Assembly: GCA_965219845.1 (NCBI GenBank)
Contig: CBDCOP010000006.1
Location: forward strand, 628,496 to 692,495
Direction of reading: 5' to 3'
DNA from: Dehalococcoidia bacterium
Lineage (GTDB): Bacteria > Chloroflexota > Dehalococcoidia > Lucifugimonadales > Australimonadaceae
Length of the DNA stretch: 64,000 nt
Shown: piece after piece, positions 1 through 9,232 of the stretch
Layout: each line of letters opens with the position of its first letter
Position numbering within the stretch: the first letter of the stretch is position 1
Program-made: the position numbers and the translations under genes
The notes under the pieces: generated by a model
Told to the model about the DNA's origin: nothing
The model's database searches: none
What the model saw: the letters and a program-made list of their open reading frames with translations, nothing else

Positions 1-20
1 CCGTCAGGGTGTCCTGTGCC

Positions 21-899
21 TCAGGCATCGCCGCCTCCGTTCCGCGCCAGCGCGCGCAGCAGTGTCCGCTCCAGGAAGACGCGCACCAGGTGCTCCTTGT
101 AGTCCACGCCGCCGTGCATGTCCTCGACGGCGTCTGCGTCTTCCGACGCCAGGCGGGACGCCTCGCGCAGCACCGACCCGCCCTCGGCCAGAGCGTCGAT
201 GCGCTCGCCCCGCAGCACGTCCTCCGAGCGCGAGAGCCGTCGCGCGACGGGCGAGACGCACCCGAGCGCGAGGCGCGCGTCGGCGATAACGCCGTCCTGC
301 ACTGCGAGCGCAGCCGCGATGCCGAGCGTCGGGCGGTGGTGGTAGCCGAACTTCGAGTAGGCAGCGCGCATACCGGAGGGAAACGCGGGGACGCGCACGG
401 CGGTCAGCAACTCGTCCGGTGTGAGCGAAGTCTCGTACGAGCCGGTCTGCAGACCGCCGACCGCGATGCGCCGCTGGCCTGACGGGCCTGCGATATCCAG
501 CTCGGCCTCGTAGACGAGCAGCAGCGTCGCGGGGTCGGAATGCGGTTCGGCGAAGCAGAGGTTGCCCGCGAGCGTACCGACGTTCCGCACGCGCAGGTTC
601 GCCACGCCGTGCTCGACCTCGGACAGCAGGGGTAGGCGCTCGCGCACGAGCGGATCGTGCTCGACGGCGCTGTGCGTGGCGCTCGCGCCGATAACGATGC
701 TGTCGCCGTCGGCGGAGACGGCGTCCAGGCCGGGGATGCTCTTCACGTTGATGAGCGTGTCGTAGGCGAGCAGGCCGGACTTCATCGCAAGCAGCAACTC
801 GGTGCCGCCGGCGTAGAGCGCGGCGCCGCCGTCCGCGTCCGCGAGCGCGGACGCAGCCTCCTGCACGGTCGTGGGGTCATGCAATCTGAAGGGTCTCAT
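21..899 (-). CDS. Xanthine dehydrogenase family FAD-binding (CoxM-like, medium) subunit
   Basis: ORF 21..938 trimmed to the internal start MRPFRLHDP (CAT at 897-899). The N-terminus 'LYAGGTELLLAMK' and overall pattern are typical of molybdo-hydroxylase FAD subunits, and it is a paralog of 6072..6947. Confidence 0.8.
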   Translation of the reverse strand: MRPFRLHDPTTVQEAASALADADGGAALYAGGTELLLAMKSGLLAYDTLINVKSIPGLDAVSADGDSIVIGASATHSAVEHDPLVRERLPLLSEVEHGVANLRVRNVGTLAGNLCFAEPHSDPATLLLVYEAELDIAGPSGQRRIAVGGLQTGSYETSLTPDELLTAVRVPAFPSGMRAAYSKFGYHHRPTLGIAAALAVQDGVIADARLALGCVSPVARRLSRSEDVLRGERIDALAEGGSVLREASRLASEDADAVEDMHGGVDYKEHLVRVFLERTLLRALARNGGGDA

Positions 900-957
900 C
901 GCGCAGGCGATGCTATCCGCACGGCAGCAGCGGGGCAAGCGGGCAGAGAGGAGGGCG

Positions 958-1245
958 TCAGCCCCAGTAGTCGGGGTTGTCCCAAACGATGTTCAGGACA
1001 CGAATCGTTGCTGCATCCACAAACTCGTACGTGATGAAGAAACCGCTTACACGGCAGCCCATGGAGCCATAGGGAAAAGGGAAAGGCAATGGCATCTTTG
1101 CCCGCTCGTCCGGGTACGGGTTGTTCATGAGGCCACGAACCGCCGTCATCGCCCGCCCGTAGTATCGCGGAGTCAAACCAGACAGGAAGTATTCCGCACT
1201 TTCTTTGAAGAGGACCTCAAACGGGCCGTGGCCGGGATTGGTCAT
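958..1245 (-). CDS. RelE/ParE-family type II toxin (putative)
   Basis: 95 aa. The C-terminal 'GCRVSGFFITYEFVDAATIRVLNIV' resembles the RelE/ParE core strands. It overlaps the upstream small ORF by 29 nt, a typical TA arrangement. Confidence 0.5.
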   Translation of the reverse strand: MTNPGHGPFEVLFKESAEYFLSGLTPRYYGRAMTAVRGLMNNPYPDERAKMPLPFPFPYGSMGCRVSGFFITYEFVDAATIRVLNIVWDNPDYWG

Positions 1246-1543
1246 TGAGCCAGGCCTCTATCTCGCTTGCATTGACACGTTTCCCGGGTTTGCCCTCCCG
1301 GGCCTCCTGCACAGCCTCGATCGTTCCGCGCACGAGCTTCTCGTCTGCCATCATCGCGCGCACGAGCGCCTCGCCAGTGAGCTCCCGTGGCTTCTTACCC
1401 TGTTTCTCGGCCATGTCTACCCGCTCTTCCATCTGCCGCGAGTAGGCAAGGTCTACTTCACGAGACCCGAGAGACTGTTCTGCCTGCACGAGGGCCTCGC
1501 CAGTGAGCGGCTGCGGTGTGCGTTTCTTGCGTTTCGATGCCAT
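1217..1543 (-). CDS. Putative antitoxin partner of the RelE/ParE-like toxin
   Basis: ORF 1217..1609 trimmed to MASKRKKR. It is small and charged, has an internal 'LTGEALV' duplication, and overlaps the toxin start. The family was not recognised. Confidence 0.4.
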   Translation of the reverse strand: MASKRKKRTPQPLTGEALVQAEQSLGSREVDLAYSRQMEERVDMAEKQGKKPRELTGEALVRAMMADEKLVRGTIEAVQEAREGKPGKRVNASEIEAWLNDQSRPRPV

Positions 1544-1692
1544 GGTGTGCGCTCCGTCCCGTATCTTGCCGTGCAGTATAACATGCGTGTGCCACAGGTT
1601 GCTGGACAACGCCTGTGCGCCGTCGGCATGATAGTATCACACGGACATCAGAAGCGTCCGTCGAGCACAGGTGGCGATTGAGCACGCAGGGC

Positions 1693-1890
1693 ATGACCGT
1701 CGAGGAGATGACGCGGCAGATGTACGCCGACCTCCATACCAACACGCCGAGCATCAAGTCCACGCTCGTGAAGCTGGAGGCGGACGTCGCCTGGATCAAG
1801 CGGCTGATGATGCTGATGCTGGGTCTGGGCGTGCCGGCGGTCCTCTCGGTGGTGGCAGCCACGGTCAAGTTCATCCTGTTCGGGGCGTAA
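1693..1890 (+). CDS. Small hypothetical protein with a C-terminal TM helix
   Basis: ORF 1615..1890 trimmed to MTVEEMTR. The hydrophobic tail is 'LMMLMLGLGVPAVLSVVAATVKFILFG'. No family was recognised. Confidence 0.3.
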   Translation: MTVEEMTRQMYADLHTNTPSIKSTLVKLEADVAWIKRLMMLMLGLGVPAVLSVVAATVKFILFGA

Positions 1891-2190
1891 GGGACGAGTC
1901 CTCCCAGACCTTCTCTTCTGATCGGCAGCCACTCTTCGGCGCCCCAACCCGGTCGTACTGCGGGGATTGACACTCCACGCGCCGCATCATTAGGGTTGCG
2001 CCAGATCGCCAGCCCCCAACGGTCTGAGGTGTCCAGGTGACTACTGCGTGCACATGTTGTAGCTGTTGCGCCCTCGAAGCCGGGGTGTGTTGTTGTATGC
2101 CCGGCTCCGGCTCGGACACCCCTGCCCCGTACCACTCTCCAGGCTGCGGGGCTTTTTCATGCCCCCGCCACGGATGACACAGGAGGACCC

Positions 2191-3273
2191 ATGACCTCGA
2201 AGCCCACACCCGAAGGCACCCACGTCAAGCCGACGCCGGAGGAGCTGTTCTTCCATCACGACGTGTGCGTGGAGACGCGATGGGAGAACCTGTACGGACG
2301 CGGGTACCTGACGCCCGCATCGCTCTTCTACATCCGCAACCACGGCCCGACACCCATCATCGACGCGAAGACGTGGCGGCTCAGCGTGGAAGGGCCGGGC
2401 GTGGAGAACCCGCTGAGCATCGGCTACGACGAGCTCCTGCGCATGCCGTCAGTGACGGTGACGCGCTTCATCGAGTGCGCGGGCAACGGCCGCATCTTCT
2501 TCGAGGAGTACCAGGGGACGATGCCCAAGGGACGGCCCTGGCGCTACGGCTCCTACGCCGTCGCCGAGTGGACCGGCGTGCCGCTCCGCGAGATCCTGGA
2601 GCGCGCGGGCATCAAGCCGACAGCCGTCGATGTGATGCCGACGGGGCTGGACGAGGCCGCCGTGGAGCGGCCCATGTCCGTCGCCAAAGCGATGGAGCCC
2701 GACACCGTCGTCGCCTACGCGATGAACGGCGACCTGATACCGCCCGACCACGGCTATCCCGCGCGGGTCGTCGTCCCCGGTTGGGTCGGTGTCAACAGCA
2801 TCAAGTGGGTCGGGAAGATCCACGTGGCGGAGGAGCCCATCTACGTCATGCGGAACACTGAGGAGTACGTCCTCGAGGGGCCGGACTTCCCCCCCGAGCC
2901 GCCTGCCTGGGGGCCCATCCTCACCACGACGCCGGTACGCTCCGGCATCGCCATGGCGTGGCCGGGAACGCTCCGGGCGGGCACTCAGGCCGTCCGAGGC
3001 TTCGCCTGGTCAGGCCACGGCAGCATCAGCAGTGTCGAGTACAGCCTGGACGATGGGCAGACGTGGGCCGACGCCACCATCCAGGAGCCTAACATCCCCA
3101 GAGGCGGCTGCCGGTGGGAGTTCATCTGGGACGCTCAGCCGGGCGAGCACACCATCACGATGCGAGCGACGGACAGCGCCGGGAATACCCAGCCGGAGCC
3201 CGACACGATGAAGTGGAACGAGCGTGGATACGACTTCTGGGCGGCGGTGCCGCACCCCGTCACAGTGGTGTGA
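2191..3273 (+). CDS. Sulfite-oxidase-family molybdopterin oxidoreductase
   Basis: 360 aa with an RBS 'aggagg' upstream. It has the Mo-binding domain pattern ('FYIRNHGPTP', 'ECAGNGR', 'GYPARVVVPGWVGVNSIKW') plus a C-terminal Ig-like dimerisation domain. Confidence 0.85.
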   Translation: MTSKPTPEGTHVKPTPEELFFHHDVCVETRWENLYGRGYLTPASLFYIRNHGPTPIIDAKTWRLSVEGPGVENPLSIGYDELLRMPSVTVTRFIECAGNGRIFFEEYQGTMPKGRPWRYGSYAVAEWTGVPLREILERAGIKPTAVDVMPTGLDEAAVERPMSVAKAMEPDTVVAYAMNGDLIPPDHGYPARVVVPGWVGVNSIKWVGKIHVAEEPIYVMRNTEEYVLEGPDFPPEPPAWGPILTTTPVRSGIAMAWPGTLRAGTQAVRGFAWSGHGSISSVEYSLDDGQTWADATIQEPNIPRGGCRWEFIWDAQPGEHTITMRATDSAGNTQPEPDTMKWNERGYDFWAAVPHPVTVV

Positions 3274-3366
3274 TGCTCCGCCGGTCGCTCGGCTCTTCAG
3301 GTTGACGCCGGTCCCCGCGTCTCCCTACCCTCACGCCCACGAACCTGCGCAACGGAGTGCGACGCC

Positions 3367-4179
3367 ATGACCACGCCCCCGACCAAAAAGACCGTGAACG
3401 CTCACGGCCTCGACCTGCACTACCTGGACTGGGGGAACCCGGACGCGCCGCCCGTGCTGCTGCTGCACGGCCTGCAGGACTCCGCTGCGCTCTGGGCCAC
3501 GTTCGCCGAGTCCATACGCGACGACTTCCACGTGCTCGCGCTCGACCATCGCGGGCACGGCGACAGCCCGCGCGCCGGGCCGTACGCGCTCGCCGACTAC
3601 ATCGCCGAGACCCGCGACGTGATCCGCAACCTCGGCCTCGACGCGCCCGTGCTCATCGGACATTCGGCGGGCAGCAAGAACGCGTGGTTGTGCATCGCGG
3701 ACAACCCCGGCATCGCTTCGAAACTGGTCATCACCGACATGGACCCGGACTCGTACAACCCCGGCTCCGTCGCCATGATCTCGCGCTACAAGGACGAGAC
3801 CGACTTCTACGACAGCCGCGAGGCGGTCGTGGAGCGGCTGCGCTCGCGGCAACCGAACGCGTCGGACGAGGAGCTGGAGCGCGACGTGGACGCGCTCGCG
3901 GTGCAGATCGACGGCGGGCGCTATACCTGGAAGCGCACCCGCGACGTCGTGACGATGTACGACAGGCCTGACGTGTGGGAACGTCTGCGGGACGTCGGCG
4001 CGCCGACGCTCATCGTGCGCGGCGCGGAGAGCACGCTCCTGCGTCACGACGTCGCGGTGCGGATGGAGGCGGCGATACCGGACTGCCGCCTCGTCGAGCT
4101 GCCGGGCGGCGGGCACTGGGTGCACCTGGAGCAGCCCGACGCCTACGCGGCGACGGTGCGGTCGTTCCTGCTGGGGTGA
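3367..4179 (+). CDS. Alpha/beta hydrolase
   Basis: 270 aa with 'PPVLLLHGLQDS' and the nucleophile elbow 'GHSAGS'. Confidence 0.85.
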   Translation: MTTPPTKKTVNAHGLDLHYLDWGNPDAPPVLLLHGLQDSAALWATFAESIRDDFHVLALDHRGHGDSPRAGPYALADYIAETRDVIRNLGLDAPVLIGHSAGSKNAWLCIADNPGIASKLVITDMDPDSYNPGSVAMISRYKDETDFYDSREAVVERLRSRQPNASDEELERDVDALAVQIDGGRYTWKRTRDVVTMYDRPDVWERLRDVGAPTLIVRGAESTLLRHDVAVRMEAAIPDCRLVELPGGGHWVHLEQPDAYAATVRSFLLG

Positions 4180-4203
4180 GGGGTGTGCCACGGGTGGTAA
4201 GAT

Positions 4204-4614
4204 ATGCCACAGGAGGCAACGGACATGCAGCCGGACTACTTGAACATCCTCACGCTCGATTCAGGCAAGGAGTGGGAAGATATCCACATCCGCAGTCTCG
4301 ACGTGTCCGTGCGCGACATCCTCACATACATGGCTTCCGGCATGTCCGAGGAGCAGATCGTCGCCGACTTCCCGGACCTGACGCGCGAAGACATCCGCGC
4401 CTGCCTCGCGTTCGCCGCCGATCGTGAGCGCCGTGCCACATCGCTGCCGTCGCACCTGTACTACGACAAGAAAACGAAGCGCATCAAGGCGAAGCCGCCC
4501 GTTGAGGAAGTGTTGGACCGCATCCGCCAGCGTGTGAATGCGTCAGGAAGAGGCGTGTCCACGGAAACTATCCTGGCAGCGCTGGACGACGAAAAGTTGC
4601 ATGATCGTCGTTGA
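4204..4614 (+). CDS. DUF433-domain protein (antitoxin-like partner of the PIN toxin)
   Basis: 'VSVRDILTYMASGMSEEQIVADFPDLTREDIRACLAFAA' matches the DUF433 pattern. Its stop overlaps the downstream PIN gene. Confidence 0.7.
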   Translation: MPQEATDMQPDYLNILTLDSGKEWEDIHIRSLDVSVRDILTYMASGMSEEQIVADFPDLTREDIRACLAFAADRERRATSLPSHLYYDKKTKRIKAKPPVEEVLDRIRQRVNASGRGVSTETILAALDDEKLHDRR

Positions 4615-4999
4615 CGCTTCCGTGCTGCTCGCAGCTCTGGCACATTTCGGACCCTCAAGCTCTTGGGCGGAAACCCAAATCACCCGCGACGAGCTCGCCC
4701 TACCCGAAGTCGCACTGGCGGAGACCGGCAACATCCTGCGCCGCCTGGAGACGCGGGGAGAGCTATCCACCGAAACTGCGAACGCGGCATACAGGGGGCT
4801 TCTTGCTCTGCGGCCGGAACTCTATCCCTTCACGCCATTCGCTGACCGGATATGGGCCCTGCGCAGGAATCTCACCACCTACGACGCTTGGTACGTCGCG
4901 CTGGCAGAGTCGCTGCGTTGTCCTCTCGTGACGATCGACCACCGGCTCAGCCGTGCAGCCGGGCCCGAGTGCGCGTTCGTAACGCCGCCGGACGCGTGA
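4601..4999 (+). CDS. vapC: PIN-domain toxin VapC
   Basis: ORF 4538..4999 trimmed to 'MIVVDASVLLAAL' (ATG 4601). It has the PIN acidic-residue pattern and 'TYDAWYVALAE'. It overlaps the DUF433 gene by 14 nt. Confidence 0.8.
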   Translation: MIVVDASVLLAALAHFGPSSSWAETQITRDELALPEVALAETGNILRRLETRGELSTETANAAYRGLLALRPELYPFTPFADRIWALRRNLTTYDAWYVALAESLRCPLVTIDHRLSRAAGPECAFVTPPDA

Positions 5000-5073
5000 A
5001 GCTACCTCACGTCTCCCCATGCAGGCGTGAGGTCTGATAGGCTCTCTCCCAATCTCAACCGGCGGAACGTTCC

Positions 5074-6069
5074 ATGGAATTCGGCCTCTACCTGCGCTCC
5101 TTCCTCACCGACCGCACGCGTCCGCTCTACGAGCAGATCGACGAACTCGTCGAGATATGCCACATCGCGCGCGACAGCGGCTTCTCAGCCGTCACGATGC
5201 CGCAGCACTGGGTGTCGCACCCCACCATCTGGCCGCAGCCCTTCCAGCTGCTGGCGCGCCTCGCGCCGGAGACCGGCGACATGCGCCTGCTCACCGGCAT
5301 CGTCCTGCTGCCGCTGCACAACCCCGTGCAGGTGGCCGAGGACGTGGCGACGCTCGACCACGTCTGCCGCGGGCGGTTCACGTTCGGCGTCGGTATCGGC
5401 TACCGCGAGGCGGAGCTCGGGGCCGTCGGGGCGGCGCGGCGGGACCGCGTGCCACGACTCACCGAGTCCATCGAGATCATGAAGCGGTTGTGGACCGGCG
5501 AAGAGGTGACGTACGAGGGGCGCTACTGGACCGTGCGCGACGCCCGGATGGGCTTCACCCCCATGCAGCAGCCGCACCCTCCGATATGGATAGCGTGCCA
5601 GAGCGACGGCGCAGTACGCCGTTCCGCCCGCATCGCCGACGCGTGCTACATCGCACCGCAGGTGGGTTTCGACGACCTCGGCGCAGTGGTAGACGCCTAC
5701 CGCGAGGAGCGCGCAGCGTCCGGCAACGGCCCCGGACGGCTCACCCTCACGCGCGGCGTCGCCTACGGCAAGGACAAGGCGACCGCCGCGGCTGAGGCGC
5801 AGGAGGCTGCGGCATCGTCGTACAAGATGTACAGCACTTGGAACATGCAGGAAGACACGATGCTGAAGATCAACATCGACTCCGACTCGAAGGTCGAAGA
5901 CTGGGCCGTGACCGGCAACGGCGACGACTGCCTGGAGCAGTTCGCGGCAATAGCTGAGCACGGCATCGACTACGTGGGCATGACGTTCTACAACCTGCCG
6001 AAGACGTTGGACGCGCGCAAGGAGTACCTGCAGAGCTTCGCGGAGAACGTGATACGGCGCTCGTCGTAG
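5074..6069 (+). CDS. LLM-class (luciferase-like) flavin/F420-dependent oxidoreductase
   Basis: 331 aa with a luciferase-like TIM-barrel pattern ('GFSAVTMPQHW', 'FGVGIGYRE'). Confidence 0.85.
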   Translation: MEFGLYLRSFLTDRTRPLYEQIDELVEICHIARDSGFSAVTMPQHWVSHPTIWPQPFQLLARLAPETGDMRLLTGIVLLPLHNPVQVAEDVATLDHVCRGRFTFGVGIGYREAELGAVGAARRDRVPRLTESIEIMKRLWTGEEVTYEGRYWTVRDARMGFTPMQQPHPPIWIACQSDGAVRRSARIADACYIAPQVGFDDLGAVVDAYREERAASGNGPGRLTLTRGVAYGKDKATAAAEAQEAAASSYKMYSTWNMQEDTMLKINIDSDSKVEDWAVTGNGDDCLEQFAAIAEHGIDYVGMTFYNLPKTLDARKEYLQSFAENVIRRSS

Positions 6070-6071
6070 CC

Positions 6072-6947
6072 ATGCGCCCATTCGAGTACATACGGCCTGC
6101 GAGCGTCGCGGAGGCGGTCGGCCTCCTCTCGGAGCGCGGCGACGACGCATTCGTGCTCGGCGGCGGCAGCGCGGCGGTCGTCATGCTCCGGCTGGGGGTC
6201 GTGCGCCCGGAGTGCGTCGTCGACCTAGGCGGCATCGAGGAGATGCGCGGCATGCGCCGCAACGGCGACCGGCGGAACGGCGGCCTGCACGTCGGCGCGC
6301 TGGCGAGTATCCGCAGCCTCGAACTCGACGACGGCGTCCGCGCGGCCTACCCACTGCTCGCTGAGGCCGCGTCGCAGGTGGCGAACGTGCGTGTGCGGAA
6401 CGTCGCCACCGTCGGCGGGGCGGTCGCCTACGGCGAGCCGCAGACCGACACGCCGACGGCACTCACCGCGTCGGGCGCCTCGGTGCGCATTACAGGGGTC
6501 TCCGGAGAGCGGAGCGTCCCGATAGACGGGTTCTACGTTGGGCCGTACGAGACCGTCCTCCAGCAGGGCGAGATCGTGGCTGGGATAGACGTGCCGGAGC
6601 CACCGCCGCATACGGGCGGCGCGCACATCAAGTTCACGGTCGGGTCGCCGGAGAACAAGCCAGTCGCGAACGCGTCCGCGCTCGTCACGGTCGACCCGTC
6701 CGGGACGTGCGTGGCCGCGCGTGTCGTGATGGGCGCCGCGGGGCCGGTGCCCGTCGTCGCGGACGCGGCGCGTGCGCTGCTGGGCGATGAGCCGTCGGCT
6801 GAGCGCATCAGGGAAGTCGCAGCGGCGGCAGCGGAAGAGGCCGACCCGATAGAAGACCTGCGCGGGCCGGAGTGGTACAAGCGCCGGATACTCAGGATAG
6901 TGGTGGAGCGAGCGTTGACATGTGCGCTGCAACGGGCCCGAACGTAA
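6072..6947 (+). CDS. Xanthine dehydrogenase family FAD-binding (CoxM-like) subunit
   Basis: 291 aa with 'MRPFEYIRPASVAEAV...GGGSAAVVMLR'. It begins 3 nt after the LLM gene stop. Confidence 0.85.
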   Translation: MRPFEYIRPASVAEAVGLLSERGDDAFVLGGGSAAVVMLRLGVVRPECVVDLGGIEEMRGMRRNGDRRNGGLHVGALASIRSLELDDGVRAAYPLLAEAASQVANVRVRNVATVGGAVAYGEPQTDTPTALTASGASVRITGVSGERSVPIDGFYVGPYETVLQQGEIVAGIDVPEPPPHTGGAHIKFTVGSPENKPVANASALVTVDPSGTCVAARVVMGAAGPVPVVADAARALLGDEPSAERIREVAAAAAEEADPIEDLRGPEWYKRRILRIVVERALTCALQRART

Positions 6948-9232
6948 CCCGCCTCGTCGGCCAGTCGATGCCGTCGCTCGAAGCGCCCGAAAAGGCCGCG
7001 GGACGCATCGAGTACATGGCCGACCTGACCGTCCCCGGTATGGCGCACGCGAAAGTCGTGCGCAGTCCCCTGCCCCACGCGCGCATCGTCTCGATCGACG
7101 CATCTGAGGCGCGGGCGATGTCCGGCGTCGTCTGCATCCTGACCCGTGACGAGGTGCGCGCCGACCCGGACGTGGAGGAGGTGTACGGCTTCGTCTACCG
7201 CGACGCTCCGCTCGTCGCGATGGACAAGGTGCGGCACCAGGGCGACATCGTCGCGGTCGTCGTTGCGGACGACGTAGCGACCGCGGAGGCCGCCGCCGAG
7301 CTCGTGGACGTCGACTACGAGGAGCTGCCCGCCGTGATGAACGTGCTGGAGGCGCTTGCGGACGGAGCGCAGCAGGTGCATGAGGAGTTCTTCCCCATCG
7401 CGCCGGAGTTGCGGCCCATCGAGGGCACGAACGTCTGCCACCACGCGACCATCGGCTGCGGCGACGTCGAGCAGGGCTTCGCGGAGGCGGACTTCGTCTA
7501 TGAGGACGAGTTCACCGCTCCGCCCGTGCAGCACTGCGCACTGGACCTGCACGCCGTCATCTCCCAGGTCGAGGACGGAAAGATCACGGTGTGGACGAAC
7601 TGCCAGTCGCCCTTCCCGCTCGGGCGCGAGTTGGAACGCATCTTCAAGATGCCCGCGCGCGTCATCATCCCGTACGTCGGCGGCGGGTTCGGCAGCAAGA
7701 GCCGCGACCGCATCGAGTGCGTCATCACCGCCGCCGCGAAGCTCGCGGGGCGTCCGGTGCGCTACGTGTTCACGCAGGAAGAGACGTTCATGACGTTCAT
7801 CCGCCCGGCCTACAGGAACCGGATGCGCACGGGCGTCAGGAAGGACGGGACCATCGTCGCGCGGCACAACCAGTTCTGGGTGGACGTGGGCGGCTACGCC
7901 ATCAGCGGCGCGCGCAGCGCCAACAACACGCTCAAGGTCGCGACCGGCCCCTACCGCATCCCGAACGCCCGCGTGGACTGCTACGCCGTCTACACGAACA
8001 AGCCGCCCTCCTCCCCGTATCGCGGGCTGCCGACGACGCAGCACACGATGTCCTACGAGGCGCAGTTCGACCGCATCGCGCGCGACCTCGGCATCGACCG
8101 GCTGGAGATACGCCGCAGGAACCTGGTGCGGGACGGCGACATCCACATCACGGGCGACTACCTGCGTTCCGCGCACTCCCACGAGTGCCTGGAGCAAGCG
8201 ACCGAGGCCATCGGCTGGGACGAGCCGCTGCCAATCGACCCGGATGGGAAGAAGCTGCGCGGCAGGGGCGTCTCCTGCACCATCAAGTACACGCTCACCC
8301 CCGCGCGGGAGATGTCCGAGAACAGCGCGGAGGTCGCGCTCGGCGAGGACGGCATCTTCGAGGTCCGCATCGGCACGGTGAACATCGGCCAGGGCTCCGA
8401 CACCGTCATGGCGCAGATCGCGGGCGACGCGCTCGGCGTCGGCCTGGAGTCGATACGCATCGTCCACAGCGACACGGGCCGCGTGCCCGTCGACAGCTCA
8501 ACGACGGCGAGCCGGTCCACGTACCACATGGGCCGCGCGGTCGTCGAGGCCACGGACAACCTGAAGCCGCAGATGCTCGAAGCCGCCTCACAGCTCTTGG
8601 AGCGTGAGGCAGCCAGCCTCGTCTTCACACCCGAGGGCATCGAAACGCCCGACGGCGCTCCCGGCGTCGCCTACGCCGAACTTGTGCGCCGCCTTGGTTC
8701 GCCCCTCGCCGCGACCGGCGAGTGCGTCGTCGGCGGCACGTACCAGGGGCCGGACGGCAACTCATACCCCATCGCCTCGACGTTCTGGACGTTCGCGTCG
8801 TGCGCGGCTGAGGTTGAAGTGGACACGGAGACCGGCACGGTGCGCGTCGTGAAGGCCGCGGCCTCGGCGACGACCGGCACTGCGGTCAACCCGCACTCCA
8901 TCGAGACGCAGTTGGAGGGCGGCATCGGCCAGGAGATCGGCCCCACGCTCTTCGAACAGCTCGTCTGGGACGACGGCGGGCAGCTCATCAACGCGGCGCT
9001 GCTCGACTACCCGCTCCCGACGATGGAGACGATGCCCGAGTACGCGCCGCGCTACGTCGACCACCCGTTCGAGGGCGGGCCGTTCGGCGCCAAGGGCATG
9101 GGCGAGATCGGCTCGGTCGTCCTGCCCGGAGCAGTCGTCAACGCCGTCTACGACGCTACCGGCGTGCTCTTCCACGAGGTGCCGCTGCTGCCGCACAAGA
9201 TTATCGAGGGGCTGGAGGGAATGGCGGAGTGA
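6920..9232 (+). CDS. Xanthine dehydrogenase family molybdopterin-binding large (CoxL-like) subunit
   Basis: ORF 6872..9232. The start was set at ATG 6920 so that the conserved N-terminal 'VGQSMPSLEAPEKAAGRIEYMAD' is retained. The active-site-loop region reads 'PYRGLPTTQ', not the form I CODH 'VAYRCSFR'. Confidence 0.9.
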   Translation: MCAATGPNVTRLVGQSMPSLEAPEKAAGRIEYMADLTVPGMAHAKVVRSPLPHARIVSIDASEARAMSGVVCILTRDEVRADPDVEEVYGFVYRDAPLVAMDKVRHQGDIVAVVVADDVATAEAAAELVDVDYEELPAVMNVLEALADGAQQVHEEFFPIAPELRPIEGTNVCHHATIGCGDVEQGFAEADFVYEDEFTAPPVQHCALDLHAVISQVEDGKITVWTNCQSPFPLGRELERIFKMPARVIIPYVGGGFGSKSRDRIECVITAAAKLAGRPVRYVFTQEETFMTFIRPAYRNRMRTGVRKDGTIVARHNQFWVDVGGYAISGARSANNTLKVATGPYRIPNARVDCYAVYTNKPPSSPYRGLPTTQHTMSYEAQFDRIARDLGIDRLEIRRRNLVRDGDIHITGDYLRSAHSHECLEQATEAIGWDEPLPIDPDGKKLRGRGVSCTIKYTLTPAREMSENSAEVALGEDGIFEVRIGTVNIGQGSDTVMAQIAGDALGVGLESIRIVHSDTGRVPVDSSTTASRSTYHMGRAVVEATDNLKPQMLEAASQLLEREAASLVFTPEGIETPDGAPGVAYAELVRRLGSPLAATGECVVGGTYQGPDGNSYPIASTFWTFASCAAEVEVDTETGTVRVVKAAASATTGTAVNPHSIETQLEGGIGQEIGPTLFEQLVWDDGGQLINAALLDYPLPTMETMPEYAPRYVDHPFEGGPFGAKGMGEIGSVVLPGAVVNAVYDATGVLFHEVPLLPHKIIEGLEGMAE

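Noticed and set aside
1891-2190. Possible Moco riboswitch or other cis-regulatory RNA in the 300-nt leader of the sulfite-oxidase-family gene
   Set aside because: I could see only generic GC-rich hairpins (e.g. gcggggc-tttttcat-gcccccgc at about 2140-2165). I could not recognise the conserved Moco-motif features by eye. It needs an Rfam/Infernal scan before any claim.
6533-8467. Very long antisense or out-of-frame ORFs, e.g. 6533..8467(-), 48564..50705(-), 50786..53098(+), 38628..40265(+), 18625..19809(-), 42071..43336(-), 46731..48434(-)
   Set aside because: They overlap genes with clear family signatures on the other strand or frame. Their translations are Arg/Ala/Gly/Pro-rich low-complexity strings, typical of stop-codon-poor high-GC DNA. 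None shows a recognisable motif.
6920-9232. Calling the molybdoenzyme loci carbon monoxide dehydrogenases (coxMSL)
   Set aside because: The active-site-loop regions read 'PYRGLPTTQ' and 'PYRGAGGPEA', not the form I CODH signature 'VAYRCSFR'. The gene order is also atypical. They were therefore left as generic xanthine-dehydrogenase-family hydroxylases.
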